A stretch of DNA of 63,984 nt, filler included, from Octopus bimaculoides (GCF_001194135.2; 6 parts of 6 records of this genome joined end to end with filler, not necessarily neighbours in it), one strand, 5' to 3'; shown: positions 28,577-41,605, counted from the whole stretch's first letter. Notes: generated from the sequence alone by a model not told the origin. Numbers and translations are program-made.

Positions 28577-29461
28577 GATTTCTTTTATTTACCACCAGGG
28601 CGAAAGATGAGAAGACAATACAAAGATGGACATAAAGTGTGGGGGGTTATATATAATGGAATGATAAAATAAAACGTATACACGGAATACATTAGAAGAA
28701 GGGAAATATACGTAATATATGACACTAGAAAAAGAGGTGGGGAAAAAGGATCATGATGAGGGATCACCCTAATTCAGGAGGATCTCTAGGGATAATCAAG
28801 GAATCCCACCATCCAAGTTCACCCTGAGTACCGAGAACGAGAGCCCACTCCAAGTTCTTTCTTCCGACTCACATGTCTACACTGGGAGTGGTACCATCCA
28901 CTCTTGCCATTTTTGCAACTTTCACCCGTCTTTTGATAAATTCATTCGCAAAAACACCTCCCTCTCCACCCTCACTAATCCTTTTCAAGGGACTTTACCA
29001 AAAGGGAAAGTTTCTGTCTTCATTCCTTTCAGCTTCGTCTATCAGATAACTCTTTTGCCACAGTCACCAGACAAAGGAAAACTGCCTTGCCAGCCCGATT
29101 AAAGGGTAATCATCATTATGGACTCGGATGACAGACGAATCTGTCCTACACGCGACAGCAGCTGTTCGACATGACTTCACGTCAGCAATGCCCGGACACT
29201 AAACGAATGCATGCAGAACGGTTTCGACGCTCTGCGAACAACTCGGACAAGCCTGTCTGACAGACAGCACATCCGTGCCTGTAGAGTTTATCTCGAACCG
29301 GTCGCGCCCCACGGTAGAGCCCCCCCCCCCACCTCGGTAGCACTGCCAGACCAAAGACATCTGGAAATTATCCATAACAGTCCCCGACCGGAAAGTCCTC
29401 CAGAATAGACTTGCCAGTTCATCTTCGTCGACGCTTAGGGTCTCCCCGAGGACGTCGTCGC
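28577..29461 (-). mobile_element. Tx1/L1-clade LINE 3' end inserted into a (TAA)n array
   Basis: Minus-strand translation with frameshifts: MDNFQMSLVWQCYRG..VRDKLYRHG..CSQSVETVLHAF..AVFLCLVTVAKE..ANEFIK..VKVAKMARVDG. The 3'UTR ends AATAAAAGAAATC. (AAT)n on both sides (28561-28576, 29462-29479). Confidence 0.75.
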
Positions 29462-30530
29462 AATAATAATAATAATAATCGATTAAGTAAACAAAAGATG
29501 GAATTGGTATAAATCCTTATTCTGTTTACTTAACCGATTATTACCTCAACTAACCCTGCGGAATTCCTGATATAGATCCAAAGTAAAAATACCCCAACGG
29601 NNNNNNNNNNNNNNNNNNNNNNNNNNNNNNNNNNNNNNNNNNNNNNNNNNNNNNNNNNNNNNNNNNNNNNNNNNNNNNNNNNNNNNNNNNNNNNNNNNNN
29701 NNNNNNNNNNNNNNNNNNNNNNNNNNNNNNNNNNNNNNNNNNNNNNNNNNNNNNNNNNNNNNNNNNNNNNNNNNNNNNNNNNNNNNNNNNNNNNNNNNNN
29801 NNNNNNNNNNNNNNNNNNNNNNNNNNNNNNNNNNNNNNNNNNNNNNNNNNNNNNNNNNNNNNNNNNNNNNNNNNNNNNNNNNNNNNNNNNNNNNNNNNNN
29901 NNNNNNNNNNNNNNNNNNNNNNNNNNNNNNNNNNNNNNNNNNNNNNNNNNNNNNNNNNNNNNNNNNNNNNNNNNNNNNNNNNNNNNNNNNNNNNNNNNNN
30001 NNNNNNNNNNNNNNNNNNNNNNNNNNNNNNNNNNNNNNNNNNNNNNNNNNNNNNNNNNNNNNNNNNNNNNNNNNNNNNNNNNNNNNNNNNNNNNNNNNNN
30101 NNNNNNNNNNNNNNNNNNNNNNNNNNNNNNNNNNNNNNNNNNNNNNNNNNNNNNNNNNNNNNNNNNNNNNNNNNNNNNNNNNNNNNNNNNNNNNNNNNNN
30201 NNNNNNNNNNNNNNNNNNNNNNNNNNNNNNNNNNNNNNNNNNNNNNNNNNNNNNNNNNNNNNNNNNNNNNNNNNNNNNNNNNNNNNNNNNNNNNNNNNNN
30301 NNNNNNNNNNNNNNNNNNNNNNNNNNNNNNNNNNNNNNNNNNNNNNNNNNNNNNNNNNNNNNNNNNNNNNNNNNNNNNNNNNNNNNNNNNNNNNNNNNNN
30401 NNNNNNNNNNNNNNNNNNNNNNNNNNNNNNNNNNNNNNNNNNNNNNNNNNNNNNNNNNNNNNNNNNNNNNNNNNNNNNNNNNNNNNNNNNNNNNNNNNNN
30501 NNNNNNNNNNNNNNNNNNNNNNNNNNAAAG

Positions 30531-30567
30531 TCTTTGACGTTTCGAGCCTACGCTCTTCAACTGAAAG
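30531..30567 (-). ncRNA. Hammerhead-like fold of the same family, with a mutated core
   Basis: Reverse complement CTTT-CAGTTGA-A-GAGC-GTAG-GCTC-GAAA-CGT-C-AAAGA, with a GUC site. Confidence 0.5.
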
Positions 30568-30651
30568 GAACACAGAAAGAAACAAGGAGAGAAACAAGGA
30601 GAAAAAAATATAAATGTAGTGGTCAGCGATCTATCATGGCGAATCGATATA

Positions 30652-31152
30652 TATTGGGTCATCCTATAAATGATGCAGTTTTTTTTATACTTCTTTTATT
30701 TTTCAAAATTAAGATAAAGTTCTTTTTTAATCTAAAATATACTCTCCTTCATTTTCTACAATGATCTTCCATCTGTCTGGTAGACTTGCGAGGTCCCTCT
30801 TCTAAAAGTCACTTGTCCGTGACGAAATATACTCCTCCAGTACTGTTTTGACCTCGTCTACAGATCCCCATATACTGCATTAATATTCCTCGCACTTTCC
30901 GTTGCATTGTTACCTTTATTGAACTCAAAGCAAAATATGCCGAATATGCTTTTTTGTCACTTGCATTACAGCTTTGAAAAAATAACTGTTAAAAATCGAA
31001 TTGCACTCTTCAAAACTTGCACTAAGAATAAGGACAAGGTAAAATTACTACCTGCTTTTATAGCAAGTTGATACAGGTACTTTATCCAGTCCCCCTCTGA
31101 CTTTTAGTTCATGAAATTGAAAAAACAGCATTATTTATGGGATGACCCAATA
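30652..31152 (-). mobile_element. Non-autonomous mariner, ~500 bp, with both TIRs
   Basis: TIRs TATTGGGTCATCC(T/C)ATAAAT(G/A)ATGC(A/T)GTTTTTT. The minus strand fuses N-terminal KKHIRHI..ESARNINAVYGD to C-terminal SVDEVKTVLEEY..LPDRWKIIVENEGEYILD*. Confidence 0.9.
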
Positions 31153-32043
31153 TAAATCCGAAAAAGGAGCACACTCTAAGTTATAGAGCAGTATACAATA
31201 TATATAAAGGTAGATAAGGGGAGTTTCTGGGATTACCCTGGGTTTCACGTCCATAAAACGCTTAGCTTTACGGTGTATCATCAGATCCCAAAACCTGTTG
31301 TCTTAAGGCCTCTCTAGCGAGTGGCTTCTTTAGGATATGGAGAAGGAAAGGACCTCACTACTCAATGACAATAACTGGGGATTGTCTCCTTCGGCTATCG
31401 ATCGCGAGAGACCCTGTTATCCTGTGGGTTCTAACAGGCCAGCAGGAATTTCCTGAAATGCAAGCATGTTTGGAAGACCTCCGTTCTGGAGTTAAGGATG
31501 TTCCTTGGTCTTCGGACCGTGCTTGCATTTCAGGAAACTCTTGCTGGCCTATTGGAACTCAAAGGATTATACTAAGTTCTACTTTACTCACTCCCTCATG
31601 TTTATTCTTACCTCTAGTCTTCTTCTGCCCTTTTAAAAAAGACAAACACACTGTACCCAACCACTTAGTCCCTCTGAAGAAGCCTAGAGGTGCATTCATC
31701 ATCCAAACTTATATATATANNNNNNNNNNNNNNNNNNNNNNNNNNNNNNNNNNNNNNNNNNNNNNNNNNNNNNNNNNNNNNNNNNNNNNNNNNNNNNNNN
31801 NNNNNNNNNNNNNNNNNNNNNNNNNNNNNNNNNNNNNNNNNNNNNNNNNNNNNNNNNNNNNNNNNNNNNNNNNNNNNNNNNNNNNNNNNNNNNNNNNNNN
31901 NNNNNNNNNNNNNNNNNNNNNNNNNNNNNNNNNNNNNNNNNNNNNNNNNNNNNNNNNNNNNNNNNNNNNNNNNNNNNNNNNNNNNNNNNNNNNNNNNNNN
32001 NNNNNNNNNNNNNNNNNNNNNNNNNNNNNNNNNNNNNNNNNNN

Positions 32044-32104
<61 letters not shown>

Positions 32105-32861
32105 TAGAGAGAGCAAGAGCAAATAAGTATATTGAGAACAAGATGCAAAAAAGTAGGAGAGACATTTATAGTCAATATTATTAGTTTGACGCTCAAACAA
32201 GAGAGGAAAAGTGGAGGGTATTACGTTTCGGACACAGTCTTTCTTCAGATATTAGAGAAAATCCAGGAAAGACTAGGAAGAGAAGGGAGGAAGAAAAAGG
32301 AAGATAATGACAGAAAAAGTACACGTACGTGCGCGCGCACACACATACACTCACACATACAGCATAAAAATAATTTCAAGAGAGAGCTATCTTCTACCCA
32401 ATGAACGCCCAACCGATCGCCCAGTAAACAAACAAACCCGAACAAAAGAATATATACAATGCATGAAAGCAAACAAAGTCGGTAGAATAAAGTTTTGTGT
32501 CAGTGAATAGTGAGGCCATGGTGTAAACAATAGAGGTTAGAATCTCTTTTATTTATGACAAAAAAATAGAAGAAAGAAATGGCCTTTTTTAAAAGGTTTT
32601 ATTTCCGCTGGGACGTGAATCTATAACACGAGTTGTCAGCAACTGGGTGATGGGAAAGTATCCCAGGTGATCGTTCAGTATACTTATAGGAGCTCATGTG
32701 ATATGGGGGAATATTGATAGTTGAAAAGAAAACAAGAGCGATAATGACACAAAAAAAAAAACAAAACAAAAACAAAATTGGAAAGAAAACAAAATAACTG
32801 TAAATTCTCACAGATAAAATATGGTAAGTTGGAAAAGAAATCTAAGTAAAATCTCGATTAA

Positions 32862-32925
32862 CAGATTATCCATGCAGATTATCCATGCAGATTATCCATG
32901 CAGATTATCCATGCAAATTATCCAT
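32862..32925. repeat. 13-bp minisatellite, about 5 copies
   Basis: (CAGATTATCCATG)4 plus one degenerate copy. Confidence 0.95.
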
Positions 32926-32999
32926 TCCAGATGACTTTCAAAGCTTTAAAAACATTCCAATAGCTAAGGGAAATAAGCAGACCAAACGTGCGATACTAA

Positions 33000-33780
33000 A
33001 CGATTCCGGGAGGTGGCCATGTACTTTGACTACCGAACAGATGACTTTGTACATTGCAGTAATCCAGCATCTGAAAACGGGACCGAAACCAGCCGCTTTG
33101 AGGACAGCCTCTGGTCGACCCTATCAAATACTTACAATAGATCCAAATGGATCATGGCCCCACCCATGTCAGGTACTTTGCCAACCCTCTCTATGATGTA
33201 TCATGAAAGGTGGAGGTTGTCGTGTATAGTTCTGCTGGAGATAGAACCAGTTTGTCAACGACAAGCGTCAACCTCTTTGCTAACACCTTGGCCAAAATTT
33301 TGTAATATGTATTTAGCAGAGTTAACGGCCTAAAGTTATCAACAATGTCCCCCTTGTTCGGTTCCTTTCTCAGTAGCGTCAACACATCTCGGCTCACAGA
33401 TCTGGGTATTGTGCCATTCTGCTGGCCTACAAAGTACTCTATCTAGCTAAGATCTGGATGACTCGACACTGTTTGCCCATGCCCACACTGAGGTGTTTAG
33501 GAAATCCAGTCTGAACCCGTCTACCAGCTGGAAACGATTGAGCAGTTTTGCGAGGCTTGCGCACCCACTTTCCTATCTGCTAGCCCTACCCAATCCACAC
33601 GGGCATCCAAAATGGTGTCCCAATCGCCCGCTAACACTAAAGAAAGGCCCCCAGACGTCTGACAAACTCCAGCTGCTCCCTTCCAGTCGGTGAGTACACT
33701 GCAACCAGTCTACCGACTTACCTTCCTTCCGGGTTCAGGAAGACCGACCGTATCTCGAGATCTAGGCCTTGTCTGCATCG
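33000..33780 (-). mobile_element. Tx1/L1-clade LINE relic: APE endonuclease joined to RT by an internal deletion
   Basis: APE-like LAGDWDTILDARVD..FQLVDGFRL..LDRVL (33420-33700). RT DNFRPLTLLNTYYKILAKVLAKRL and IHLDLL*VFDRVD..AAGFGPVFRCWI (33000-33397). Confidence 0.85.
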
Positions 33781-33866
33781 GCAAAGTCAATCCGTAAATG
33801 TTCTTTAAGTAAAAAATATATTTGGAGTTTACACCATATGAATTTAGAAATTTCGAGAGACATGAA

Positions 33867-34016
33867 ATAATTCGCATTTAACGGTAGAACTCGGAGTAGA
33901 TAAAACTATAAATAATAGGGTGTAAATATTGAGTTAGTAAACCTTTAAATCCGATATTTACACACTGTTATTTACAGTTTTATCTACTCCGAATTCCACC
34001 GTTTAAAACGAATTAT
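33867..34016. mobile_element. Foldback/MITE-like inverted repeat
   Basis: ~63-bp arms (33867-33930 and 33954-34016) sharing CGGAGTAGATAAAACT. Confidence 0.8.
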
Positions 34017-34976
34017 AATTATAATTAGAGTGAATTTTCCTTGGGAAGTAAAAATATCTGAGGTTTCAGACATTTGTCCTTCCTCAGAAAGAAATATATA
34101 GTGAAAGCTCAGCACGGAGTAGTGTATCTAAGACTGTATTATCCAGTGTGACCGTATTTTTATCCATTATAAATGTTGTTACTGTATCCGATTTGGATGT
34201 AGTCGTTATTTCGTCCTACGTTAGCTCTAACTAGGCACACCTAAGTGTTCCAGCTTGATCATTCTATCTCTTTACACAACCGGGTGCCTACTGTACAATG
34301 CGTACTTCTTTAAAAATATATTAAGATGTGATTTGAATGGCGTGTAGTTGTTGCTTAGCTCTTGGTTGGCCCAGATCTAAAAGGTCTATGAACAAAGGCA
34401 TTCCAGCCGTGTCCATCCTGTCTATGTATATCTAAGAGTACGCTATCCAATGCGTCCTTTAAAAAAGACGTTACAATATAATTTGAATGAGATTTGACTG
34501 TTTTTGCTTAACCTCAAGTCAAGCTGATTCAGTAAATCTGTAATCAAAGGCAATCGAAACATAATCAATCTGTTTCATTCCCAGACACAGTCCACTGTGC
34601 CCTCGGAACCATATCATCCACCGAATCCGTTTGTTTTGTTTTTTAAGATGGTGGAGTGTGAATTGAGGGAGATTTTACAACAGCTTCTATCAGATCGACC
34701 GTTGACGTAAAGGTAGTCCACATTGGTTAGTGCCAGGTCATACCTGATCAAACAGACTTTTAATCAAAGACTCTACAGCTCTGGCCATATTGTCATATGA
34801 GAAGCATGTAAGACTACATACATTGCATAATGCGTCCTGTCTATGTATAAAGTAGGATGGTGTGATTTGATGGATATTTGGCTGCTACTTTCTGCAAGCC
34901 GAGCTATGAGGTAGAGGCCAGCAACCATTGGTTCGCAATTCGAGTGTTTCTAGTTGGTCTAAAGAGGGACCGATAG

Positions 34977-35043
<67 letters not shown>

Positions 35044-35113
35044 NNNNNNNNNNGAGAGAGAGAGAGAGAGAAAGAGAAAGAGAGAGGCGGGAGAGAGAAA
35101 TAGAAAGACAGGC

Positions 35114-35163
<50 letters not shown>

Positions 35164-35639
35164 CGAGAGAAGGGTGTTTCCTTATCTCTCTTCAGTTCTA
35201 AAATATTAAGCTCTGTACACCTTTCGTGCCGTCTAGTCTTCGGTCAGATTAAAATTGAGCCGAAGGGAGAAAATAAAGCATGTAAATATGGAAGTGTTTC
35301 GTTATGAACTACGTACATACATACATACATATATACATGTATGTATGCATACATGTATGTGCGTATTTATCCTTTTTCATTCGACCCCTTTTTTACTCGT
35401 TAGTTATTTTTTTAAAACATGTTCACTCTAATTTTTTTGTTATTGTTGCAGTTTTATGCAATTATGAACAACACTATTGTTTCGACTCTCTGCGACGCTC
35501 GCTAAGTGACTATTGCTGGACCTACAAAAAAAAAAAGTCAAATCTCCTTCATATCCTGCCCTACTGATTCAGATTAAGTAAGTGCGTAGCCATACGGGTT
35601 GAAGAATATTATGATCCAAAGTTGTGACAGAGGATTTGT

Positions 35640-36195
35640 GGAATCCGGCCTGGAAGTCGCTTTCTGTAAACGAGTCGAGGACCTTCTGCGATTCGCTCCG
35701 GATCACAACAACGGTGTTAAAACGGTGACCTTTGAGCTGTCTTTTCATCTTGGAGAAGAGATGGAAATCTGCAGGTGCTAAAATCTGGCGAATAGGGCGG
35801 GTGAGGAAGCGATACCATATTGTTTTTGGCGAGAAACACACGAGTGAAAAGAGCTCGGTAAAGAATCCAATTCTTCACGCTCAATAGAACCGGTCGCCTT
35901 CGCCGAATGTCCTCCCTCAAATACTTCAAAGCATCACAGTAGAACTCTCAACTGACGGTCTTGACCGGAGGAGAAGAATTCTCGTTGCACAATACCACAT
36001 TTCCAGGGGTGACGCTCGTGGATGGTCTTCCAGATTGCTCATCGTCTTTCAGGGACGCTCTTCCGCATTTGAAGCGTCCGTGCCATTCGAAACATTGCAT
36101 TACCGTAAACTTGTGGAAGCATGCTCAATGTCTCTGTAGCAGACTTCCCAAGTTTAACGCAAAATTTCACGTCGGTTTTTTGTTCCTGCCCATAT
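35640..36195 (-). mobile_element. Mariner transposase relic, internally deleted
   Basis: VKFCVKLGKSATETL..SLKDDEQSGRPSTS; LKYLREDIRRRRP..LPHPPYSPD / LAPADFHLFSKMKRQLKGHRF. Confidence 0.9.
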
Positions 36196-36589
36196 AAAAT
36201 ATTGGAAAATTAAATTGGAATTGTGCTCTGTAATGGGTGCATGAGGAAGGCCTCAGCATCCAAGCAGAAGATCCTATTGCTATATTAGTGGCGGCAAAAG
36301 CCGTTTAAGGGTGTTCTACTTACAAGGTGTAAAAAAACAAAATCAACAGCAACAAATGTTTTCTGTTATTGGTACGAGTCTGAAAATTTGGGAACTGGAG
36401 AACAGTAGATTATATCGACCCAGTATTTAATTGGTACTTATTTTATCGACCCCAAAAGGACGAAAGGAAAAACCGACGTCGGCGGAATTTGAACTCAAAA
36501 TGTAAGGAACCGAGTGAAATGCCGCTAAGCATTTTGTCCGACTGCTAACGATTCTGCCAGCTCGCTGTTTTATCAACTAACAAATAATG

Positions 36590-37420
36590 GCGGTTGATAG
36601 TCTTAAGGGGTACCGGGTACAAACCTGAAGACACCAAAAGAAATAACTGTTTCCTCATTGTCAGGGACTATGGAAAATTTCCAGAAATTTCTTCCCTGGC
36701 AATACTAACGCCAAGCATTGGCACTGTTCGGGAGAAACTCTACAAGCAGAAAAATATTGCCAGTATGGTCATTCTGAGATGCATGCAGAGTGACGAAACC
36801 ATTCTGCACGCTTTTTTATAGTACCCGGCTTGTGGAATTTGCTGAAAAGCTGTTATTATGTGTAGAACAAATCCTGTTATTGGTTGGGTCCATTATGAAG
36901 ACTGTCCAGCCGCCTTCCTTCGGTTGTAAGGAACAGGTTAGTTTTCCACTGCTCGGTGGCCATAGCAAAAAAGACAATTGTGTACGTGGCTGAAAGGACA
37001 GAAGACAGGCTCTTTTCTCTGTGATTAAAGCCCTCATCGACCTTTACAAGTTGAGAAAAGGGAAAATGTTGAGGGAAATGCTACCCACTCCATCTGGTAA
37101 GTTTGTTGAAAGGTTAGTGATAATAGCGAAAATGGCCCAAAGCAAATGCCCTTGCGGAACAGGATTGTTGACCCTAGGTGGTTGGGGAACAGGATTGTTG
37201 ACCCTAGGTGGTTGGGGAACAGGATGGTTGGCCCTAGGTGGTTGGGGAACAGGATGGTTGGCCCTTCCTATTGATGGTGATCTCTCTTGTTTCAATTTTA
37301 TTGATATTTATTGTTTTTGTTATTTTCTTTCTTTCTTTTTTTTTACACCTGATTAATCTGTAAACACTGTATTACAATTTGCATCGTATTGTTATTTATT
37401 CTGTCCCCCCCACCCCGGCT
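36590..37420 (+). mobile_element. Tx1/L1-clade LINE 3' end (older copy related to 28577-29461)
   Basis: VREKLYKQKNIASMVILRCMQSDETILHAF..LVEFAEKLL..GKFVERLVIIAKMA, followed by a 3'UTR containing a tandem repeat. Confidence 0.7.
37156..37264. repeat. 30-bp tandem repeat, about 3.6 copies
   Basis: Unit GGAACAGGATTGTTGACCCTAGGTGGTTGG; copies 3-4 carry two substitutions. Confidence 0.95.
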
Positions 37421-37500
37421 GATAAAGACTTTGCTTGTCATCTTTTCGAGGTCGATGTAATCGACAATCACTCCACACAAGTAAAATGCAGTCCTTGTGC

Positions 37501-37568
<68 letters not shown>

Positions 37569-37569
37569 T

Positions 37570-37783
37570 ATTCAGACAAATACATAACAAAAATACCAGG
37601 ACTTACAAATATATATAACATACAGAAAATTGCACTACTAGGCACTGCACACATTCTACGCAAAACACTTTCAATACAGTAAACATAAGAGCACCACAGC
37701 AAACCACAGCACATACCCAAGGCGCACAGAGCTGCGCTCGGTAGTGAAGTGAAAGCACGTTATAAAACTAAAACTACTGAACC
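37570..37783 (+). mobile_element. R4/Dong-like LINE extreme 3' end, second subfamily, between (TAA)n arrays
   Basis: KYITKIPGLTNIYNIQKIALLGTAHILRKTLSIQ* followed by a 3'UTR. (TAA)n at 37502-37561 and from 37784. Confidence 0.8.
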
Positions 37784-37916
37784 ATAATAATAATAATAAT
37801 AATCATCATCATCATCATCGTCGTCATCGTCGTAATCTTCATAGGTATTTAGTTGCGGTTCTTTAAGCTTTAAATTCGAATATCGCAAAAGCCAAGTTTG
37901 CCTTTCATCCTAGTCG

Positions 37917-37940
37917 CAGCAACAGTAGCAGTAGTAATAA

Positions 37941-38009
<69 letters not shown>

Positions 38010-38296
38010 TAGTATTACTTTGGATGCTCTTGTTGCCTTCGACAACTAACCTTTGTTGTCATGGCTACAACTTGTTGCTATATCAAAAATTACCGTTAAC
38101 GCAAAATTGTCGAACCCCCTTCTATATCACCCCCTTATCTCTTTTTCCTCCTCCCACCACCACCGCAAGCAGCACCGCAAGCAGCACCACCGTGAACATC
38201 TCCAGCAGCACCACCACCACTCCTACCCCTGCCACTAACCCACCAATGTCTCCGAGTGTCGGCATCACGAGCGTCGACGACATTCCGCACAATGAT

Positions 38297-38332
<36 letters not shown>

Positions 38333-38354
38333 CTGCTGCTGCCTGCTGCTGTTT

Positions 38355-38418
<64 letters not shown>

Positions 38419-38513
38419 AATTACCACTACTACAACAGTTACTGCCATCACCACGTCTACTATCATCATAACCCCTACAGTTACTACCACCGCCGCCGCT
38501 GCCGCCGCTGCCG

Positions 38514-38577
<64 letters not shown>

Positions 38578-38600
38578 AGTAGCAGGCATTGTCATTGTCG
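37917..38600. repeat. Compound trinucleotide low-complexity tract (GTA, CAC, CTA, CTG, GCC)
   Basis: Directly visible; accounts for the poly-V/T/L/A ORFs. Confidence 0.9.
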
Positions 38601-38788
38601 TCATAAGCACAACTATTAAACAGGTGTGATTGTTATGAAGGGAATGGTCAGTAAAATATGCGAGGTCGCTAATATTGTTAAGGGAGCCTTTTCCACGGTG
38701 GATGGGTGAAATTGGGGGACCCTAGTTTCTGTTGCTGAAAATGCCAGCTGGTTAAGATGTTGCCCAGAGAACAATCTCATATTTATGT

Positions 38789-38829
<41 letters not shown>

Positions 38830-39076
38830 NNNNNNNNNNNNNNNNNNNNNNNNNNNNNNNNNNNNNNNNNNNNNNNNNNNNNNNNNNNNNNNNNNNNNNN
38901 NNNNNNNNNNNNNNNNNNNNNNNNNNNNNNNNNNNNNNNNNNNNNNNNNNNNNNNNNNNNNNNNNNNNNNNNNNNNNNNNNNNNNNNNNNNNNNNNNNNN
39001 NNNNNNNNNNNNNNNNNNNNNNNNNNNNNNNNNNNNNNNNNNNNNNNTATGTATGTATGTGTGTGTATGTATGTGT

Positions 39077-39117
<41 letters not shown>

Positions 39118-39180
39118 TGTCTCTCCCCTCTTTCTCCCATCCTCTCTTTCTCTCTCTCTGTCTATGTGTGCATGTCTCGA

Positions 39181-39660
39181 CGGGTTGGACAAAACAATGG
39201 AAACACCTTGTTATAAATGGAAGTGGCTTTTTTAACAATTTAATTAGGTGTTGCTCCACCTTTGGCACCAATTACAGATTTAACACGTCGAGTCGAGGAA
39301 ACGACTCGTATAAGTTCAGAATGGTTGTTAAAGGAATTTTGAATCGTTTTTTGAGTAAAACCTGCTTTAACTCTTTCAGTGACTATGGTGTAGGGAATTG
39401 GCTGCTTACTTGTTCCAAATTGCAATATAGGGGTTCGATTATACTGAGGTCCGGTGATTGTAGGGGCCAGTCTAAGTGTCCTACTTCACTTTTGTGCTAT
39501 ACGTATCAATTTTGAATAACATTATTCGCGGTAGTCGATGCATTGTCGTCCTTGAAGATTGCGAAACAATTACAGAACAATGTTTGTACCATTGGGTGGA
39601 GATGATCAACCAAAATACTCGGATATGTGTCAGCTCACGTGTGAGATCTCGCATGAGTGC
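39181..39660 (-). mobile_element. Tc1 transposase 3' half with terminal repeat
   Basis: DHLHPMVQTLF..IFKDDNA; LDWPLQSPDLSIIEPL; VKSVIGAKGGATPN*. TIR-like GGGTTGGACAAAACAATGGAAACACC at 39182. Confidence 0.85.
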
Positions 39661-40139
39661 TACTGGTAACATGAAATCCAGTACAACTTGTTGCATGGTC
39701 AGGCCAGGGGCGACTAAACCGGCACCCCCACTAGGCTTGACTAGCGAGGATGGTAGCTAGGAACCCAGTAGCTCTAAAAGCAAAATCTGTCAAAAGGACG
39801 GTGAACCTAGTGTAGGTTCAACGACTATCTAGTCATAGCACGGGCCCCTCACAAAATCCGGACTGGTGTCCGGCATACTCGAAGACCATTGGGAGTCAGG
39901 TACCTTTTAGCTTTTGTTAAAGCATGTCTCTAGAACCGGTTTCAAACACAGGATACATCTGCTCCGATTAATCTGCGGTGACTTGGTTAGTGAATGCCCT
40001 GCGACGGTCGACAATCGATGGCAAAAGGATCTACTACGGATCCTAAAGTGTGCATACATGTGACCGGAGACCACATATCGGAGCCGGCTCAACCCACCCC
40101 GGGCGAATGCCACCGAAAGTAAAAATAACAAGTAAAGTA

Positions 40140-40385
40140 CTCAGATAATCCTTTGTGTTAATTCTGTAGAACAACTAAAATGCCAAGAGAATTCGGTTGC
40201 CAGAATCATCACATAGCTACCTCTATCCTTCATGGTAGGGGACAAACATTCAGGATTGGTTTTGATGTCTCTAGTCATAAACTCGCCCCGAAGTGTGGGA
40301 AAAAGGGTGAATGAGGATTCATTAGAGAAGATGACATTGTTCTATTGAGCCATTGATCACCTCTGAAAAATAGCAACGAAAGCCA
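40140..40385 (-). mobile_element. Tc1 transposase central fragment (first DDE motif region)
   Basis: NNVIFSNESSFTLFP..NPECLSPTMKDRGSYVMI..INTKDYLSTL. Confidence 0.75.
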
Positions 40386-41605
40386 AATGTGTATGCAGTA
40401 TGTACAGAATAAAATACAAAAGGAAGGAGAACAGTAATAGTACCATGAGAAAGTACCATAAGGCTGTTGGCGAATTTGAAGAGCATGGGATTTTTGAAGG
40501 TTGCATGTATTTTACTTTGGAATTAATATACATCCAATTAAAGCACTTGCTTTGGTTGTATTTCCCTTCAGTTTTATTGTCATTAAATGAGATCTTTTTA
40601 TCTTTTATCTTATACTTATTTCAGTTACTGGACTGCAGTCTTGCTGATGTATCACCTTGAAGGGCTTGATCGAACAAACCCGCTTCAGTAGTGTTTTTAA
40701 AGTCTGGTACTTATTCTATCGGCCCGAACGGCTAAGTTATTGAGACGCAAACACAACACAAAGATGAAGACACATTCTCGCTCTCACCCTCTCACTCTCT
40801 CTGTCTTTCTCACATATATAAAGCAAAGCAAATAATAAACTAACAGAAGTCAAAAGTACGTTTACAGTTAGTATCATTAGCTTGATGCTCAGCGAAAGAA
40901 AAAAGTTATAGAGTAGAATTTATAGGGCAAAAGTATAACGTTTCGGATAAAGTCCTTCGCCTACCACAGTAAGGTCTAGGAGAGACTGAGAAGAGAAGGA
41001 AGAGAGTAAAGACAATAAAAAAGAGAAGAGACAAAGTAAATATGCATGTGGGTTAGGTTCAAGGTTACGACGGCTTCCTCACAGTTTCCGTCTACCAAAT
41101 TCACTCACAAAACATTGATTGGCCGCGGCTATAGTAGAAGATACTTGCCCAATGTGCCGCGAAGTGGATGGATCCCCAAAACTCGTGAAAAAGCTTTAAT
41201 GATAACAATGTACCCATTATATAATTTCTTGGTGGTAATACTAGTGATATAGTTAGTTGGGGATGGGGCGGCGAAATGGAGGAGGGGACGAAGGGAGGAA
41301 GGGATGAAGGGGATGAGGGGACGAAGGGAGGAAGGGATGAAGGGGATGAGGGGATGGTTCACCCCTGACAAGCTTTTATGCTGAGGGCACTTTTGGGTCT
41401 GCTGTATAAGGGAAGGGAAGGGGGAAGAGGGAGGGAGATTCAAACTCAACGGCTGTTATCGGCGGCGCACACTCTAGCTACGCCCCTCGATAACTCCCAC
41501 TCGTTGCTCTCTATCTTTTTTATTGGAGTGTCATTGGGAATTTTGTTAATATTCTCTTTATATCTCTTTTATGTATTGAGTGTGCTTGTGTGTGCGTGAG
41601 TATAA

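Noticed and set aside
32814-32823. 10-nt microexon candidate (cag|ATAAAATATG|gtaagt)
   Set aside because: The upstream sequence is A-rich with no polypyrimidine tract, and the length is frame-shifting; consistent with chance.
32862-32925. CRISPR-like appearance of short repeats here and at 37156 and 2904
   Set aside because: No unique spacers, no cas genes, eukaryotic context.
37898-38629. 243-aa mucin-like Thr/Val-rich ORF
   Set aside because: Built from trinucleotide repeats and open in several frames, with no splice or domain support.
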